A stretch of DNA of 64,000 nucleotides from positions 12,239,084 through 12,303,083 of the forward strand of contig NC_057719.1 in assembly GCF_004010195.1 (NCBI RefSeq), read 5' to 3'. The notes below the pieces were generated by a model. The model saw only the letters and a program-made list of their open reading frames with translations. It was not told where the DNA came from and searched no databases. Below, one piece after another: positions 1 to 12,730 of the stretch (position 1 is the first letter of the stretch; each line of letters begins with the position of its first letter). This DNA comes from Chiloscyllium plagiosum. Lineage: Eukaryota. The position numbers and the translations under genes were made by a program.

Positions 1-2780
1 CACTCACTACCGTTAAGGGTATAAATCCTGCTTTGATTTGCCTTTCCAAAATACAGCACCTCACATTTATCTAAATTCAGATCCATCTGCCACTTCAGTC
101 CATCTGGTCAAAAGATCCCGTTGTAATCGGAGGTAACCTTCTTCGCTGCCCACTACACCTCCAACTGTGGTGTCATCTACAAACTTATCTGTACCCTCCT
201 TAATCACATCCAAATCAATTATATAATGGCAGAATATAGTGGACCCAGCACCAATCCTTGTGACACACCACTGGTCACAGGCCTGTAGTCTGAAAAGCAA
301 CCCTCCACCACCACCTTCTGTCTTCTACCTTTTTTGAGCCAGTTCTGTATCCAGATGGTTAGTTCTCCTGTATTCCATGTGATCTAACCTTGCTAGTCAG
401 TCTACCATGAGGAACCTTGTTGAATGCCTTACTGAAGTCCATATAGATCACGTACTCCACTCTGCCCTCATCAATCCTCTTCGCTATTTCAAAAAACTCA
501 AATCAAGTCTGTGAGGCATGATTTCCTATGCACAAAGCCATGTTGACTATTCCTAATCAGTGCTTGCCCCTCCAAATACGTAAATCTTGTCCCTCAGGAT
601 TCCTTTCAACAACTTGTCCAGCACTGATGTCAGGCTCACCAGTCTATTGTTTCCTAGCTTTTCCTTACTAGCTTTTCTTAAATAGTGGCACCACGTTAGC
701 TGACTTCTGGCATCTCACCTGTTACTCTCGATGCTCCAAATATCCAGCAAGGGGCCCAACAATCACTTCCCTACTTCCCATAGAGTTCTAGATGTACCTG
801 ATCAGGTCCTGGGGAGTTATGCACCTTCATGCATTTTAAGACATCCAGCACCATCATCTCTGTAATATGGATATTTTTCAAGAGGTCACCATCTATTTCC
901 CCACATTTGTATCTTCCGTATCCTTCACCACAGTAGACATATGCAAAATACGAGTTTAGTATCTTCCCCCATTCCCTACGGTTCCACACATGGGCAGCCT
1001 TGGTGATCTTTGAGGGGTCCTGTTCTCTCCCTAGTTGCCCTTTTGTCCTTAATGTATTTGTAAAAGCCCTTGGATACTCCTTAACTCTATTTGCCAAAGC
1101 TATCTTATGTCCCCTTTTTGCTCTCCTGATTTCCCTGTTAAGTACACTCCTACTGCCTTTATACTGTAACTAAAACCTCAATTTCTGTAGTCATCCAGCA
1201 TTTCCTAACAGCCTTGCCTTTCACCCTAACAGGAACATACTGTTTCTGGACTCTCGTTATCTGACTTTTGAAGGCTTCCCATTTTCCAGCTGTCTCCTTA
1301 CCTGTGAACATTCGCCCCTGATCAACTCTTAAAAATTCTTACCTAATAATGTCAAAATTAGCCTTCCTCCAATTTAGAACTTCAACTTTTAGATCCAGTC
1401 TATCCTTTTCCATCACCTATTTAAAACTAATAGAATTATGGTCGCTGCCCCCAAAGTGCTTTCCCACTGACACCTTAGTCACCTGCCCGGCCTTATTTCC
1501 CAAGAGTAGATAAAGTTTTGCACCTTCTCTAGTAGATAGATCCACATACTGAATCAGAAGGTTTTCTTGTACACAGCTAACAAATTCCTCTCCATCTAAA
1601 TCCTTAACACTGGCAGGCCCAGTCTGTTTGGAAAGCTAAAATCCCCTACCTTAACCACTCTATTATTCTTACAGATAGCTGAGATCTTACAAATTTGTTT
1701 CTCAATTTCTTGCTAACTGTTGGGCTGGGGGTCTATGGTATAATCCCACTAAGGTAATCATCCCTTTCTTATTTCTCAGTTCCACCCAAATAACTTCCCT
1801 GTAAATATTCCCAGGACTATCCTCCCCAAGTACAGTCCTAATGCTATCCCTTATCAAAAATGCCACTCCACCTTGTGTCTCGGGGGCCCCCTCCCCCATC
1901 CTTCCTACAGCATTTGTATCCTGGAACATGAGGCTGCCAATCCTGTCCATCCCTGAACCATGCCTCTAATTGCTCTGACGCTCCAGTCCCATGTTCCTAA
2001 CCATGCCCTGAGTTCATCTGCCTTCCCTGTTAAGCTTCTTGCATTGAAATAAATGCAGTTTAATTTACCTAATTCTTTTTTCCTGCCTGCATTGTTTGTT
2101 TGACTTGCTCCTTTTCCCACTGAACCATTCTCAGATTGATCTTTTTCCTCACTATCTCCCTGGTTTCCCCCACCTTAATAGTTTAAAACCTCCTGAGCAG
2201 CTCTCGCAAATGTCCCTGCCAGTATATTGTCACCTTCCAGTTCAAGTGCAATCTAATCTTATACAGGTCACTTCAACCCCAGAAGAGATTCCAATGATCG
2301 AAAAATGTGAACCCTTCTCCCCTGCACCAGCTCCTTAGCCACTCATTCATCTGCTCTATCCTATTCCTGCACTCACTAGTAGCAATGGGAGTAATCGAGA
2401 TATTACTGCCCTTGAGGACCTCCTTTTTAAATTCCTGCCTAACTTTCCTATATTCTCCCTTCAGAATCTTTTTTTTTTTTGTTCCTGTGTCGTTATTTCC
2501 AATGTGCACAATGGCCTCCTGTTCCCTTTCATCTTTGAGAATATTCTGTACACTCAGATATTCTTGATCCTGGCCCAGGGAGGCAACACACCATTCTGAT
2601 CTCTCACTGTCAGCCACAGAAACATCTGTTTGTTTGCTTCTGACTAGAGAGTCCCTATCACAGTTTTCCTTCCATTACATTAGAGCTGGTCTCGGTATCA
2701 GAAACTTGGCTGTTCGTGCTACGTTCCCCTGAGTCCATCACCCTGTACGTTTTCCAAAACCGCATACTTGTTTAAGCAAA
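1..2780 (-). mobile_element. Decayed near-full-length CR1-clade LINE (ORF1 SGNH-esterase, endonuclease and RT fragments)
   Basis: Minus-strand fragments: KFVDDTTVGG (RT), SPGPDQV, GGVAFLIRD..IWVELRNKKG..LYHRPP (APE endonuclease), IVHIGNND..NEWLRSWCRGEGFTFFDHW (ORF1 esterase). Many stops and frameshifts. Confidence 0.88.
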
Positions 2781-2784
2781 TGAA

Positions 2785-4065
2785 AAAAAAAGCTGGAGAA
2801 ACTCAGCAGGACTGGCATTGTCTGTGGAGGGAAAGCAGCGTTAACACTTTCGGATCCATTCATCTTATTCCCAAACTATTAGTAGCTAGGAAAAAGTGGT
2901 GTTTGTGCTGAGGACCATAAAGCTTGAATAAAAGAAAAGCTGATGATGGAGGCCATAAATTGGTGGGAAACAACTGCCTGTTCTGAAAGCAGCCTGTATT
3001 GTTACAGATGTGGGGTGTGTAAGGGACTAAAAGAAAGTATTGAACTTGATGTTGAAGTTCAGTGAGATGCTATTTTGCCAGCTTACACTGACCTTTGCTC
3101 AAGCACTGCAGTCGCCCTGAGATGGAAAGACTTGCCATGGAACAATGTGTTGAAGTGACCGGGAACTGAAAGCTTGACATGATTTTTGCGTTCGGTTGCC
3201 CAATCTTCATTTCGTCTTCCTCATCTAGAGGAAACCATTGTCAACTGCGAATACAGTGGACTAGATTGAGCGGTGCACGTAAATTGCTGTTTAATCTGGA
3301 AGATGTATGGAGCCAACACATCTGCTGTAGCCACAGAAAGTGTAACACCCGCCTGTTTAATTCCACACTCCTCACTATTTAAGGCTCCAGACGGATGGTA
3401 GAATTAACCAGGCGGGTGTTACACCTTCCGTGACTGCAGCAGAAATGTTGGGCCCCAGACATCTTCCAGGTTAAGCAGCAATTTAGCAGCACTTCACTCA
3501 ATCTAGTCTATTGTATTTACTGCTCAGTGTGACCTCTACATTTGGGAGACAAAACACAGATTAGGCGACCACTTTGTGGAACACTTACATTCTGTTTGGA
3601 AAAAATGACCCTAAGCTACAGTTGCTTCCCTTATTAGCAGTGTTCCATGACCAATGTTTCTATCTTTAGCCTGCTGCAGTACTTCGACAAAACTTAGCAC
3701 AAGCTGGAGGAAACAGCTTCTTGTTTTCCACTTTAAACCCTGGAGGCTGCAGGGCCAGTAGAGTTCAATAATTTTAGTACCTGAATGCCAGTTTTGTTTG
3801 TACACTTATCCACCCCCCACACTCTTGTCCATTTCAGTACAACCAGCACTTTTTCATCTACTTGTGGTCCTTATTTCCAGCTGTACTTTCTCCTGTACTA
3901 CTACCCTCCTCAGCATATATGCCACTTTTCCCTACTGCTAATAACTCTGAAGAAGGGTCACTTTACTTGAAACATTGTTTATTACTTTGTGCACAGATGC
4001 TACCAGACTTGCTCAGTTTCTTCAGCAATTTGTTTTGCTCTCATTTCCAGCATTCAGTTTTCTTT
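2785..4065. mobile_element. Old inverted (palindromic) Penelope-like GIY-YIG retroelement remnant
   Basis: Inverted arms ~3245-3365 and ~3400-3525. GIY-YIG-like peptides NLVYCIYCS and CDLYIWETKHRLGDHFVEHL at ~3500-3590 (+). The two outer ends are mutually inverted terminal-repeat sequence. Confidence 0.72.
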
Positions 4066-4092
4066 TATTAAAGATGGTTATGGTGGTTGATA

Positions 4093-4579
4093 CTGGATCA
4101 GTGGTGCTGGAAGAGCACAGCAATTCAGGCAGCATCCGAGGACAGGCAAAATCGACGTTTCGGGCAAAAGCCCTTCATCAGGAATAAAGACAGAGAGCCT
4201 GAAGCGTGGAGAGATAAGAGTTGCAGTGGGAGAGAGACTCCCTGAGATTCTTGTAGAGAGAGGAGGAAAACTTCTTCAAGGCAGGCATCCTTGCAAGAGG
4301 ATTCGCAGTAGGGTTAAAATCAACGAGGTAAAAACAATGACTGCAGATGCTGGAAACCAGATTCTGGATCAGTGGCTCCCAGGTACCTATTGTACTCTAT
4401 GCTACTCCATCCCCACCCCCACCCTCCTCTAGCTTATCTCTCCACACTTCAGGCTCTCTGCCTTTATTCCTGATGAAGGCTTTTGCCCGAAATGTCAATG
4501 CTGCCTGAATTGCTGTGCTCTTCCAGCACCACTGATCCAGAATCTGGTTTCCAGCATCTGCAGTCATTGTTTTTACCTC
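4093..4579. mobile_element. Penelope-derived palindromic element with 14-bp TSD
   Basis: TSD tatggtggttgata at 4079-4092 and 4580-4593. Inverted arms each carry a hammerhead-like core. Confidence 0.82.
4151..4185 (-). ncRNA. Minimal type I hammerhead ribozyme motif (PLE-type)
   Basis: Minus strand reads attc-CTGATGA-a-GGGC tttt GCCC-GAA-ACGT-C-gat. Confidence 0.65.
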
Positions 4580-4599
4580 TATGGTGGTTGATAGTCAAT

Positions 4600-5600
4600 C
4601 ACCTCAGCTGATCACTGTAGGAGTTTCTCAGTTATGAATTCATTGAAGTGGACCACTTACAAACATTAACTGATATGAAAGTCCATCAAAGCTACTACTT
4701 GCAAAACTGTGAAACTTATGTTTTCATTCCATAATGGGCAATACTGCATCTTTCAAAGGAACTGCAAGGGAGTAAATATTCTAATTTCTTAGGGTAGTGT
4801 CTTTAGTTGCTTCCTTAATGATTTTCATTCTATCACAAGGTCAGAGTGTGGATGCACACTGCACTGTATTCAGCATCATCCACAACTCCTCCTCCAATAC
4901 TGAAGCAATCTGTGTACCTCTGCACCAAGACCTGGCCAGTATCCACACTTAGTGGCAAGAAACATTATCTTGCGCTGGTGGTGACAATGACCATCTCTGA
5001 CAAGAGAATTGAACCATTGCCTCCTGACATTGAATTGCATTCCAAGCAACATCCTGGGGATCACCATTTGACTAGAAACTGAACTGGACTAGCATATGAA
5101 TACTCTGGCTACAAGAACAGATATGTTTTGTAATCCTGCAGCAGGCAATTCCTCACCTCATTCCCTAACCCTATCCATCTGCAGGGCACAAGTCAACAGT
5201 GTGATGGAGTACACTCTACTTGCCAGGATAAGTGCAACTTCAAGATTAAAGAAGTTTGCCATCCCTCAGAGTAAAGCAGCCTACTTAATTGGTCCAGCAT
5301 CTATTACTGTCAACACTCACTACTTTCACCACCACAATCGAAAGAATGTGTATGATTTGCAGGTTGCACTGCAGTAACACATTTGAGGTGCCACCAACAG
5401 CCTCTAAACACTCAAATTCTATTACCTCAAGATAAGGGCTGGAGAAACATGGAAGCACCATCTGCAAATTTCCCACCAAGCCATACTATAATGTGTCTTC
5501 CTTCACTGGGTCAAAATCCTGGAACTTAGTCTTTGTGCACTGTTGCTGTCTCCATATCCTAAGGACTGCAGTGTTTTTTAAAAAGGCAGCTCTCTGCTCC
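4600..5600 (+). mobile_element. Decayed LINE RT/3' fragment, interrupted by a 160-bp insert
   Basis: The same repeat family recurs at ~10790-11070 (+) and ~53100-53570 (-), sharing acaagtcaacagtgtgatggagtac-like segments. Confidence 0.55.
4628..4790 (+). repeat. Dispersed direct duplication of 7585-7750
   Basis: tcagttatga(a/g)ttcattgaa..ggaccacttacaaac..atatgaaagtccatcaaagc..gcaaaactgtgaaactt..ggcaatactgcatctttcaaa.gaactgcaagggagtaaatattc is present at both loci. Confidence 0.9.
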
Positions 5601-5799
5601 CAACCACCGCAACTGCTGCCACATCTACTTCAGGCCTTTTGTTTTGCACCCTAAAATCTCTTCACTCTAATTCTAGGCAGAGGTCTTCAGCTGCCTTTTA
5701 TCCCAGGTTAAAATTCCATCTTTTTAAATTAGTTTCCTCTCCTAAGGAAGACCCTCTTTTAAATTTGACACTGAGCTTTAGGGCTTGCATTTTCAGTTT

Positions 5800-6370
5800 T
5801 AGATATACAGCATGAAAACAGACCCTTCAGTCCACTTTAAACCTATGCTATCTAGTTGTGGACTCACCAAGCCCAGGGAAAGACCTTGTCCATTTACCCT
5901 ATCCACGTCCCTCATGACTTTATAAATCGCTAAGGTCCTTCGTCAGCCTTTGATCCAGGAAAAACAGCTCCAGTATATTTAGCCTCTCCCTACAGCTCAA
6001 ACACTCCAACCCCAGCAATATCCTTCAATCCTTTCTGAACCATTTCAAGTTTCACATCATCCTTCCTATTGGAAGAAGACCAAAATTGCACATAGTATTC
6101 CACAAGTGGCCTAACCAATGTCGGCCGCAACATGACCTTCCAACTCAGTACTCAATGCACTGACCAATAAAAGAAAGCATACCAAACACTGCCTTCACTA
6201 TCTTATTTACCTGCCACTGTACTTTCCAGGAACTGTGAACCTGCATTCCAAGGTCTCTTTGTTCAACAACATTCCCCAGAACCTTATCATTAAGTGTATA
6301 TGTCCTGCCCTGATTGCCTTTCCAAATTTCAGAACCTAGAATTTAATTTAGATAAATGCAATCTGCCTTT
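5800..6370 (-). mobile_element. CR1 LINE 3' fragment
   Basis: Typical 3' end (gatatacagcatgaaaacagacccttcagtcca) plus LVRPLVEYCVQFW-type coding remnant on the minus strand. Confidence 0.8.
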
Positions 6371-6585
6371 GTCGGGTTTTTGTTTGGTTTGCGTTTGCAT
6401 TTGCAAAGTGTATTGGGGGTTTTTCTATGTAAAGTTGTGTACCACAAGCTAAATTATTGCATGTTTAAAATGCATTATGTAATTGTGGTTTACTTTATTT
6501 CATTTGATTTTGATTTTCAAATCTGAAGTTTAATTTTGCCTGATTGTTGAAAAACTTGGTAATTGTGATTTTACCTTATTTTCAG

Positions 6586-6758
6586 AACATTATGCAACTA
6601 TAAAACTAAGTTTCTGCAGCAAGGATGATGGAACAGAACTTCAAGTGGAGTGCAAAGGTGTCCCAGTGGGGGAGGAAGAGCAGACGAAATCAGGGTGGCA
6701 GCGTTACTACTTTGAAGGCATTAAGCAGACTTTTGGATACAATGTACGATTGTTTTAA
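6586..6758 (+). CDS. Last coding exon of an activator of Hsp90 ATPase (Aha1 family; AHSA1/AHSA2-like)
   Basis: ttattttcag|(E)HYATIKLSFCSKDDGTELQVECKGVPVGEEEQTKSGWQRYYFEGIKQTFGYNVRLF*. Matches the recalled AHSA1 C-terminus (GWQRYYFEGIKQTFGYGARLF). Upstream exons were not found in the window, and paralog identity is uncertain. Confidence 0.92.
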
Positions 6759-7442
6759 AGGGATGATCTATCTGAAAACACCTAGCTAACTTATGAATAC
6801 CGAAAAGCTTTAGACCTTTGTTCATTTCACTGTTCTGTTCATTCTGTTAGTTAAGCTAACCTGCAACTATGACAGTGGATATTTTCAAAAGAATGTCCTT
6901 TTTTTATTCCAGCAGCCAAAAATCTCCATTCAGTTAAGTACAGCCTTAGAATGGGAAAGAATGAGAGTCAATTGTGTCAATTGTGAAATTGAGATCTGAG
7001 AATTTTCCACTATATTGTAGAGATGTGTAAAAGACTAGATCTCATCACCAGTAGTGATTGCAACATACTTTCAGTTTTCATGTTTGTGTGGATTGAGTAC
7101 ATGAAGAGCAAATGAGAGATTAAAGAAGTTTCTTGCCTTCCCTTAAGTTTTACTTCTGCTTTCTGCCCCTCCCTTTCCCCCTCCCCTCCTCCTGTCTTCC
7201 CCCACCTCTCCCACCCACCACCACACTAACTCACCTACAAACCATAAATCTCTCATTCCCTTTTACTCCATGTGCAGTATTTGCCTTCATCTGTGGTATT
7301 TGCCTACTCCCAAAATCTGAAAAGGGCACCTTTACCTTTTTGCAGCTATTCAAGAAAAGCAGATCTCAAACCAACCATCTGTTTGCATCTGATGCTTGTT
7401 CACTGATAAACTCAGTATAGCAATGTGACAGTGACAGGATCA

Positions 7443-7448
7443 AATAAA
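7443..7448 (+). promoter_or_regulatory. Candidate polyadenylation signal of the AHSA gene
   Basis: AATAAA about 690 nt after the stop, followed by a GT-rich tract (tggtttgtttttgtc, ~7478-7492). Confidence 0.5.
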
Positions 7449-9502
7449 AGCTAGGAGTGGAAGAAAAACTTTACTGATGGTTTGTTTTTGTCAAATGTAA
7501 TTATTTTAAATGACTGGTGGATTAGGTGCTTTACGTATGTTCTAATGTAATTGCTGTGTCTAGCAAAAACTTTTCAGTTGGGTTTCAGTTATGAGTTCAT
7601 TGAATTGGACCACTTACAAACTTTAAATCATATGAAAGTCCATCAAAGCAACTATTTGCAAAACTGTGAAACTTGTTTTGTTTTCATTCCATAACAGGCA
7701 ATACTGCATCTTTCAAAAGAACTGCAAGGGAGTAAATATTCAGATTTCCTAATTTAACACTTTTTTTTTCCCTCAAAAGTCAGCTTGAAATTAAAAAAAA
7801 CTAATGAGCACATAGAATAGGTAGTCTTGATACTGGCATTGGAAATGCTAGAGCAGAGCATTGTGCATGTTTTTTTTTAAATTTGCCTTTCAAATTAGAA
7901 TTATGCAGTTTGCTGAAAGTATGAGCTAATAATGACAGGCTGAAGGAAGTACAGCATTTGAAAATCTCCAGAGTACTGAGGTTCAATATTTGAAAAAAAA
8001 AACAAACCACTGAAAATAAATCTGAGTTAAGTAGGAACATAAAGCAAGAGGAATTGAGTTAGAGTGGAGGTAGGTGTGAGTGGAAAAGAGAAAACTTAAG
8101 TGAAACTCTGGAAAGAATTGCATTTTAAAATCAACTAGCAATGTCCTAGGGAAATTTGATTTCACTGTTAAATTGGATCGTGAAGAAAGAACTAGGTGCT
8201 ACAAATATAAGGTACTCAACAATGAAATTCAGAAAATTTGAGATAAATCTGTGGCATTTGAAGCAAGTAGCATCAATTCATTTTAAGGAAATCTAGGTAA
8301 ATATTAGAAAGGAATAGAAAAGTCTGGTAATACACAGCAGGTCTGACAGCGCATGTGGAGAGAAAACAAAAGTTTAGAATCAACTGGGGGAAGAAAAGTT
8401 GGATATGTAATAGTTTTAATCAAGTAGAGGATGAGTAGCAGGTGAGCTAGAGTAACAATTGCCTATGGGAGGTGGTTGGGAGAGATTAAGTGACAGCAGG
8501 GGTTATAGTGCAAAGTAATTGCACACTTGACAGTTTTCTGCACTTGGAATTTGAGTTCAGCAATTTCAGATCATCTACATGTTTTAGTTTTTAATGGCAG
8601 TTAGTAATAATATTGTCTGTTCCCTCTCTCATCAGATTTTTCTAGTATGGAGGGTAAAAGGTAACTCCCTTTTTATTTGTCTTGCCAAAATTATTCCTTT
8701 TTGTCATTTCATCTTGATTTCCACAGCAACTTTTTTGAAAAAAAGATTGCAGGTGAACAGCCATTTTATTCCAGCTGACAGCAGACTGGGGCAAATTATC
8801 CAGGAGTTGATTGCAATTCAAAACAAACAAGATATCTCCTCCTCTCCACAAATTGCTGACTATGTTGTGTGCCTTTCAACTCTGTGAGAAAGGTTTATTC
8901 AGATTGATTGGATCAAACTACAAGATTTAATTCGGGTGACTTATGCATTGTGCTTTTTGTGGAACTAAAGTTTTTTTAAGCCTGCTCTCGAGTTGGCAAC
9001 AGTGGATTGGTAGATATTTGATTAACATACTGAATTGTCTGAACAGTAGGTGTAGGTTGGTTGTCCATTCCCATGTACATATGACACTGTGACAACTAAC
9101 TTTATTAAATACAATTTCTACTTAACATTTGTGTGCCTAGATTTCCAGTGTCTTGAATGTGCCAATTAATTGTTTTAAGCATAGTTTTAGGTTTTTGGTT
9201 ACAAATTAGTGTGAAGGGAGAAGGATTCTGATAAAGGATAACATGAGAATAATCATGAGTCTTGGCTCAAAAGAATGGTGTAGATTTAACAACTTGCTGA
9301 GAATTTTTTCTCTTACCTTTATTACTTTTGCATATAACTTTACATCTATATCTTCTTGATCTTCTTCCTTTTAGAAGTAAGAGAACCTTCTCTCTCTCAA
9401 ATTTTCCCTCAGCTACTTCTCTCCAAGGAGAATAGTCCCAACAACTTCACTGAAGTTTTTCATATTTGGAATCATTCTAGTAAATATTTCTGTGCTCAAC
9501 TG

Positions 9503-10755
9503 TGGATGTAGGTTTGCTCGCTGAGCTGGAAGGTTCGTTTTCAAACATTTGACACCCTACGAGGTAACCTCTTCAGGGAACCTCTGGATGAAGCACTGGT
9601 GGTGTACCCTGCTTCCTATTTGTTTGGGTTTCTGTGGGTTGGTGGTGTCATTTTGTGGTGACATCATTTCCCATGGGGTGGTAAATGGGATCCAAGTCAG
9701 TGTTTGTTTCTAGAGTTCCGATTGGAATGTCATGCTTCTAGGAATTTGTGTGTGCCTCTGTTTGGCCTATCCTCGGATTGATGTGATGTCCCTGTTGAAG
9801 TGGTGTCCTTCCTCATCAGTATGTAAAGTGAGTGGGTTATGTCTGTAACTAGTTGACAATGTATCCTAACCACTCTCCCCTACATCAAAGACCTATCGGA
9901 AATGACTGTCAGACTATTCAGACTCCTTGGCATCGTGGTAGCCCACAAACCCACCATACATTAAAACAGCAGCTGATTAATTTGAAAGACCCTGTGAGAA
10001 ACAAAGCTCACTCACTTCAATAACTTCAGTCTGAGACAAGATCTGAAGCAAACAATCAGTATGCTTATACGCTTGCAAGTGTGGTGCCTAAAATAGACAT
10101 GCAGAGTTTAGTGAGTACATATCTTATAGGATACACTACTCCAAACCCAGTGCCCATACTATTGTTTATATCTTGCCTTATCTGGCCTTGTGCATAACAA
10201 AAGTATAAGTTTTACTTAGCCATTTCACCACATCCTGCTGTGGTCCATTGTTAGGTATATCTTCCTTCACTGCCATCGGTTTCCCTTACTTGTTTCCTCC
10301 CATTCCTCAACCATGTTGAACCTTATGACCTTTTTAATTGGGGTTTTTTTTTGTTTTAGCGGAAGTGGGAAACAGATGCTTATAACTACTGTTTGTACAA
10401 GCATATCTGGCTTAACCTACATCCTCACAGCACCTTATTTGTCTGTAACATCTACCATTGTTTACAGGCACATTTCATTCTTGTATGCACATTTTAGCTA
10501 ACACAAAAACAATTATTTCCTTCAGTTTTCATTCTTGTTGACTCAGCTCTTGGTTGAAACAATTATATACTGGTGAGTTCATTTACATTGCACAAGTAAT
10601 TATGATTGCAGAAGTAACACTACTTTACCTATACCCCACAACTCTATACAGACAACAAGCAAACTAATGTCATTGACAAAATACCTTGCAAGCACTGTAA
10701 TAAACACTACATTGGACAAACATACAGAAAACTAGCCACCAGGATACATGATGAT
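9503..10755. mobile_element. Penelope-like element remnant (terminal repeat inverted; linker and GIY-YIG on +), interrupted ~9995-10645
   Basis: TTLPYIKDLSEMTVRLFRLLGIVVAHKPT (~9870-9957) and NVIDKIPCKHCNKHYIGQTYRKLATRIH (10666-10749, GIY-YIG signature). A degenerate hammerhead core (CTGAAGA-GGTTACC..) lies on the minus strand at 9541-9578. Confidence 0.78.
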
Positions 10756-11789
10756 TACACAAAGTTCATCTTTTGTGATAATTCAAATACTGAAGCTGAC
10801 CATGTTCAAGTGCAAAAGGATCTGGATGACATCCAGAGGCAAGTAATCGTCCTACCACAAATGACAGGTTGAGACAATCTAACCACTGTCCCTTGACATT
10901 TAATGGTGTTACTGTCACTGAATTCCTCCACATCCTGGGACTTATTGACCAGAAACTGAATTAGACTCACCACATAAACACTGACAAGAGCAGTTCAGGC
11001 TAGAAATACTGCAGCAAGCAATTCTACAGTCTACATGACACAAGTGAGGAGTGATGGAATACACTATGTATAACACAGGAGAGGTGATGAGTAACCCCAC
11101 AGACAAACCTTTCACCATAGATAACTTGGGGCCAAACTCTCTGTTTCCATGTTGCATTACTGATTCCAATAGCTTTGCTTTCTTTGTGTTGCATAATTAT
11201 GCTCTATTGTTGAAGAACATCAACAGCAGCTGTCACCATAACTTTTTTTTAAAAAAGTGATCATCAAGATAATTCATTGAGACTTGAATAATGACCCATA
11301 TTCAACTCCAAAGGGCTAGCTCTGCATGTTGCTGCTCCCATACTCACCATGTTCTCTGCTCCGCCGCATAATTGCGCTGCAAACCCATGGTCACAGCAGT
11401 GCGTACCAAGCAAAAGGGGCAAAGGCCCAAGGTGAGAGATTCACTGCCCCCATGTACTGAGTGGTGCATGGTGCTGCTCATCAGATACTGCGAACTGTTT
11501 CCACTCTCCCACTGTTGCAACAAGCATAAGATATTGGGAAGCACTGTTGCTTTTTCTACTGATTTCACCGTACACCGCTTGTCACAGTAGCTGGTGGGAA
11601 ACCACTCTGCTGGGAGTTGAGAAAAACAAGACAATCTCATTGAAACAATTGTTCAGCAATATCAACTGGGGTCATAAATCAAATCTCAATGAAACATTTT
11701 GATTGATCACAATTTTATTTTTAGTTATGGTGATAGCTGTTGATCTTGAACAACTGAGCTGAATTATGCAACACAAAGAAAGCAAAGCT

Positions 11790-12730
11790 ATTGGAGTCAT
11801 ACAGTAAACACAACATGGAAACAAACCATCTGGCCCAACTTGTTTATGCTGACAGGTATCCCAAACTGAACTAGTCCTATTTGCCATTTGGTTCATAACA
11901 TTTAAGACATTTGGAAAGGTTATATGCAAAGGACAGCTATAATTGTACTTACCTCTATTATTCCTCTGGCAGCTTCCATACATACACCCCCTGTCGCCTT
12001 AAACCTATGCCCTCCAGTTCTGGACTCCAGTAGCTTTGGAACAAGACCTTAGCTATTCACCACCTCATTTTATAAACCTCCATAAGGTAACCCCTCAGCC
12101 TCCAATGCTCAAGGGGAAAAAAGTCCAAGCTTGTCCAGCTACTCCTAACCCAAACCCTCCAGTTTAACAACATCCTTCCTGCAGCACGATGACCAGCAAT
12201 GCATGCAGTATTCTATAAGTAATCTTATCAATGTCATGTGTAGCTGTAATATGACATTCCCAACACCTATACTGTGCTCTTAAGCATGCCAAACACTTCC
12301 TTCAGCACCCTGTCTATCTATGACACCACATGCAAGAAACTAAACTTGCAACCCTAGGTCCCTCTATTTAACACCACTCCCCAGGGTCCTACCATTAACA
12401 AACAAATCTTATCCTGGTTTGCCTTACCAAAATGCAACACCTTATATTTAAATAAATAAAACTCCATCTACTACTACTTGGCCCATCTGATCAAGATCTC
12501 ATTGTACTCTTAGAAAATCACCTTCACTGTCTGCTGCAAAGTTTGGTGTAATCTGCAAACTTAGTGACCAAACCTCTTACATTCTCATCCAAATCATTGT
12601 TATAAATGGTGAACATGAGTGGACATAACACACCTTGCGGCATACTGGTCGCAGGCATCCAGTCTGAATAACAACACTCTAGTACCATTATGCGTTCTAC
12701 CATCAAGCCAATTTTGTGTCCAATTAGCTA
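11790..12730 (-). mobile_element. CR1 LINE RT and 3' fragment
   Basis: PQGVLCPLMFTIYNNDLDENVRGLVTKFADYTK (RT motifs) plus CR1 3' tail. Confidence 0.85.
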
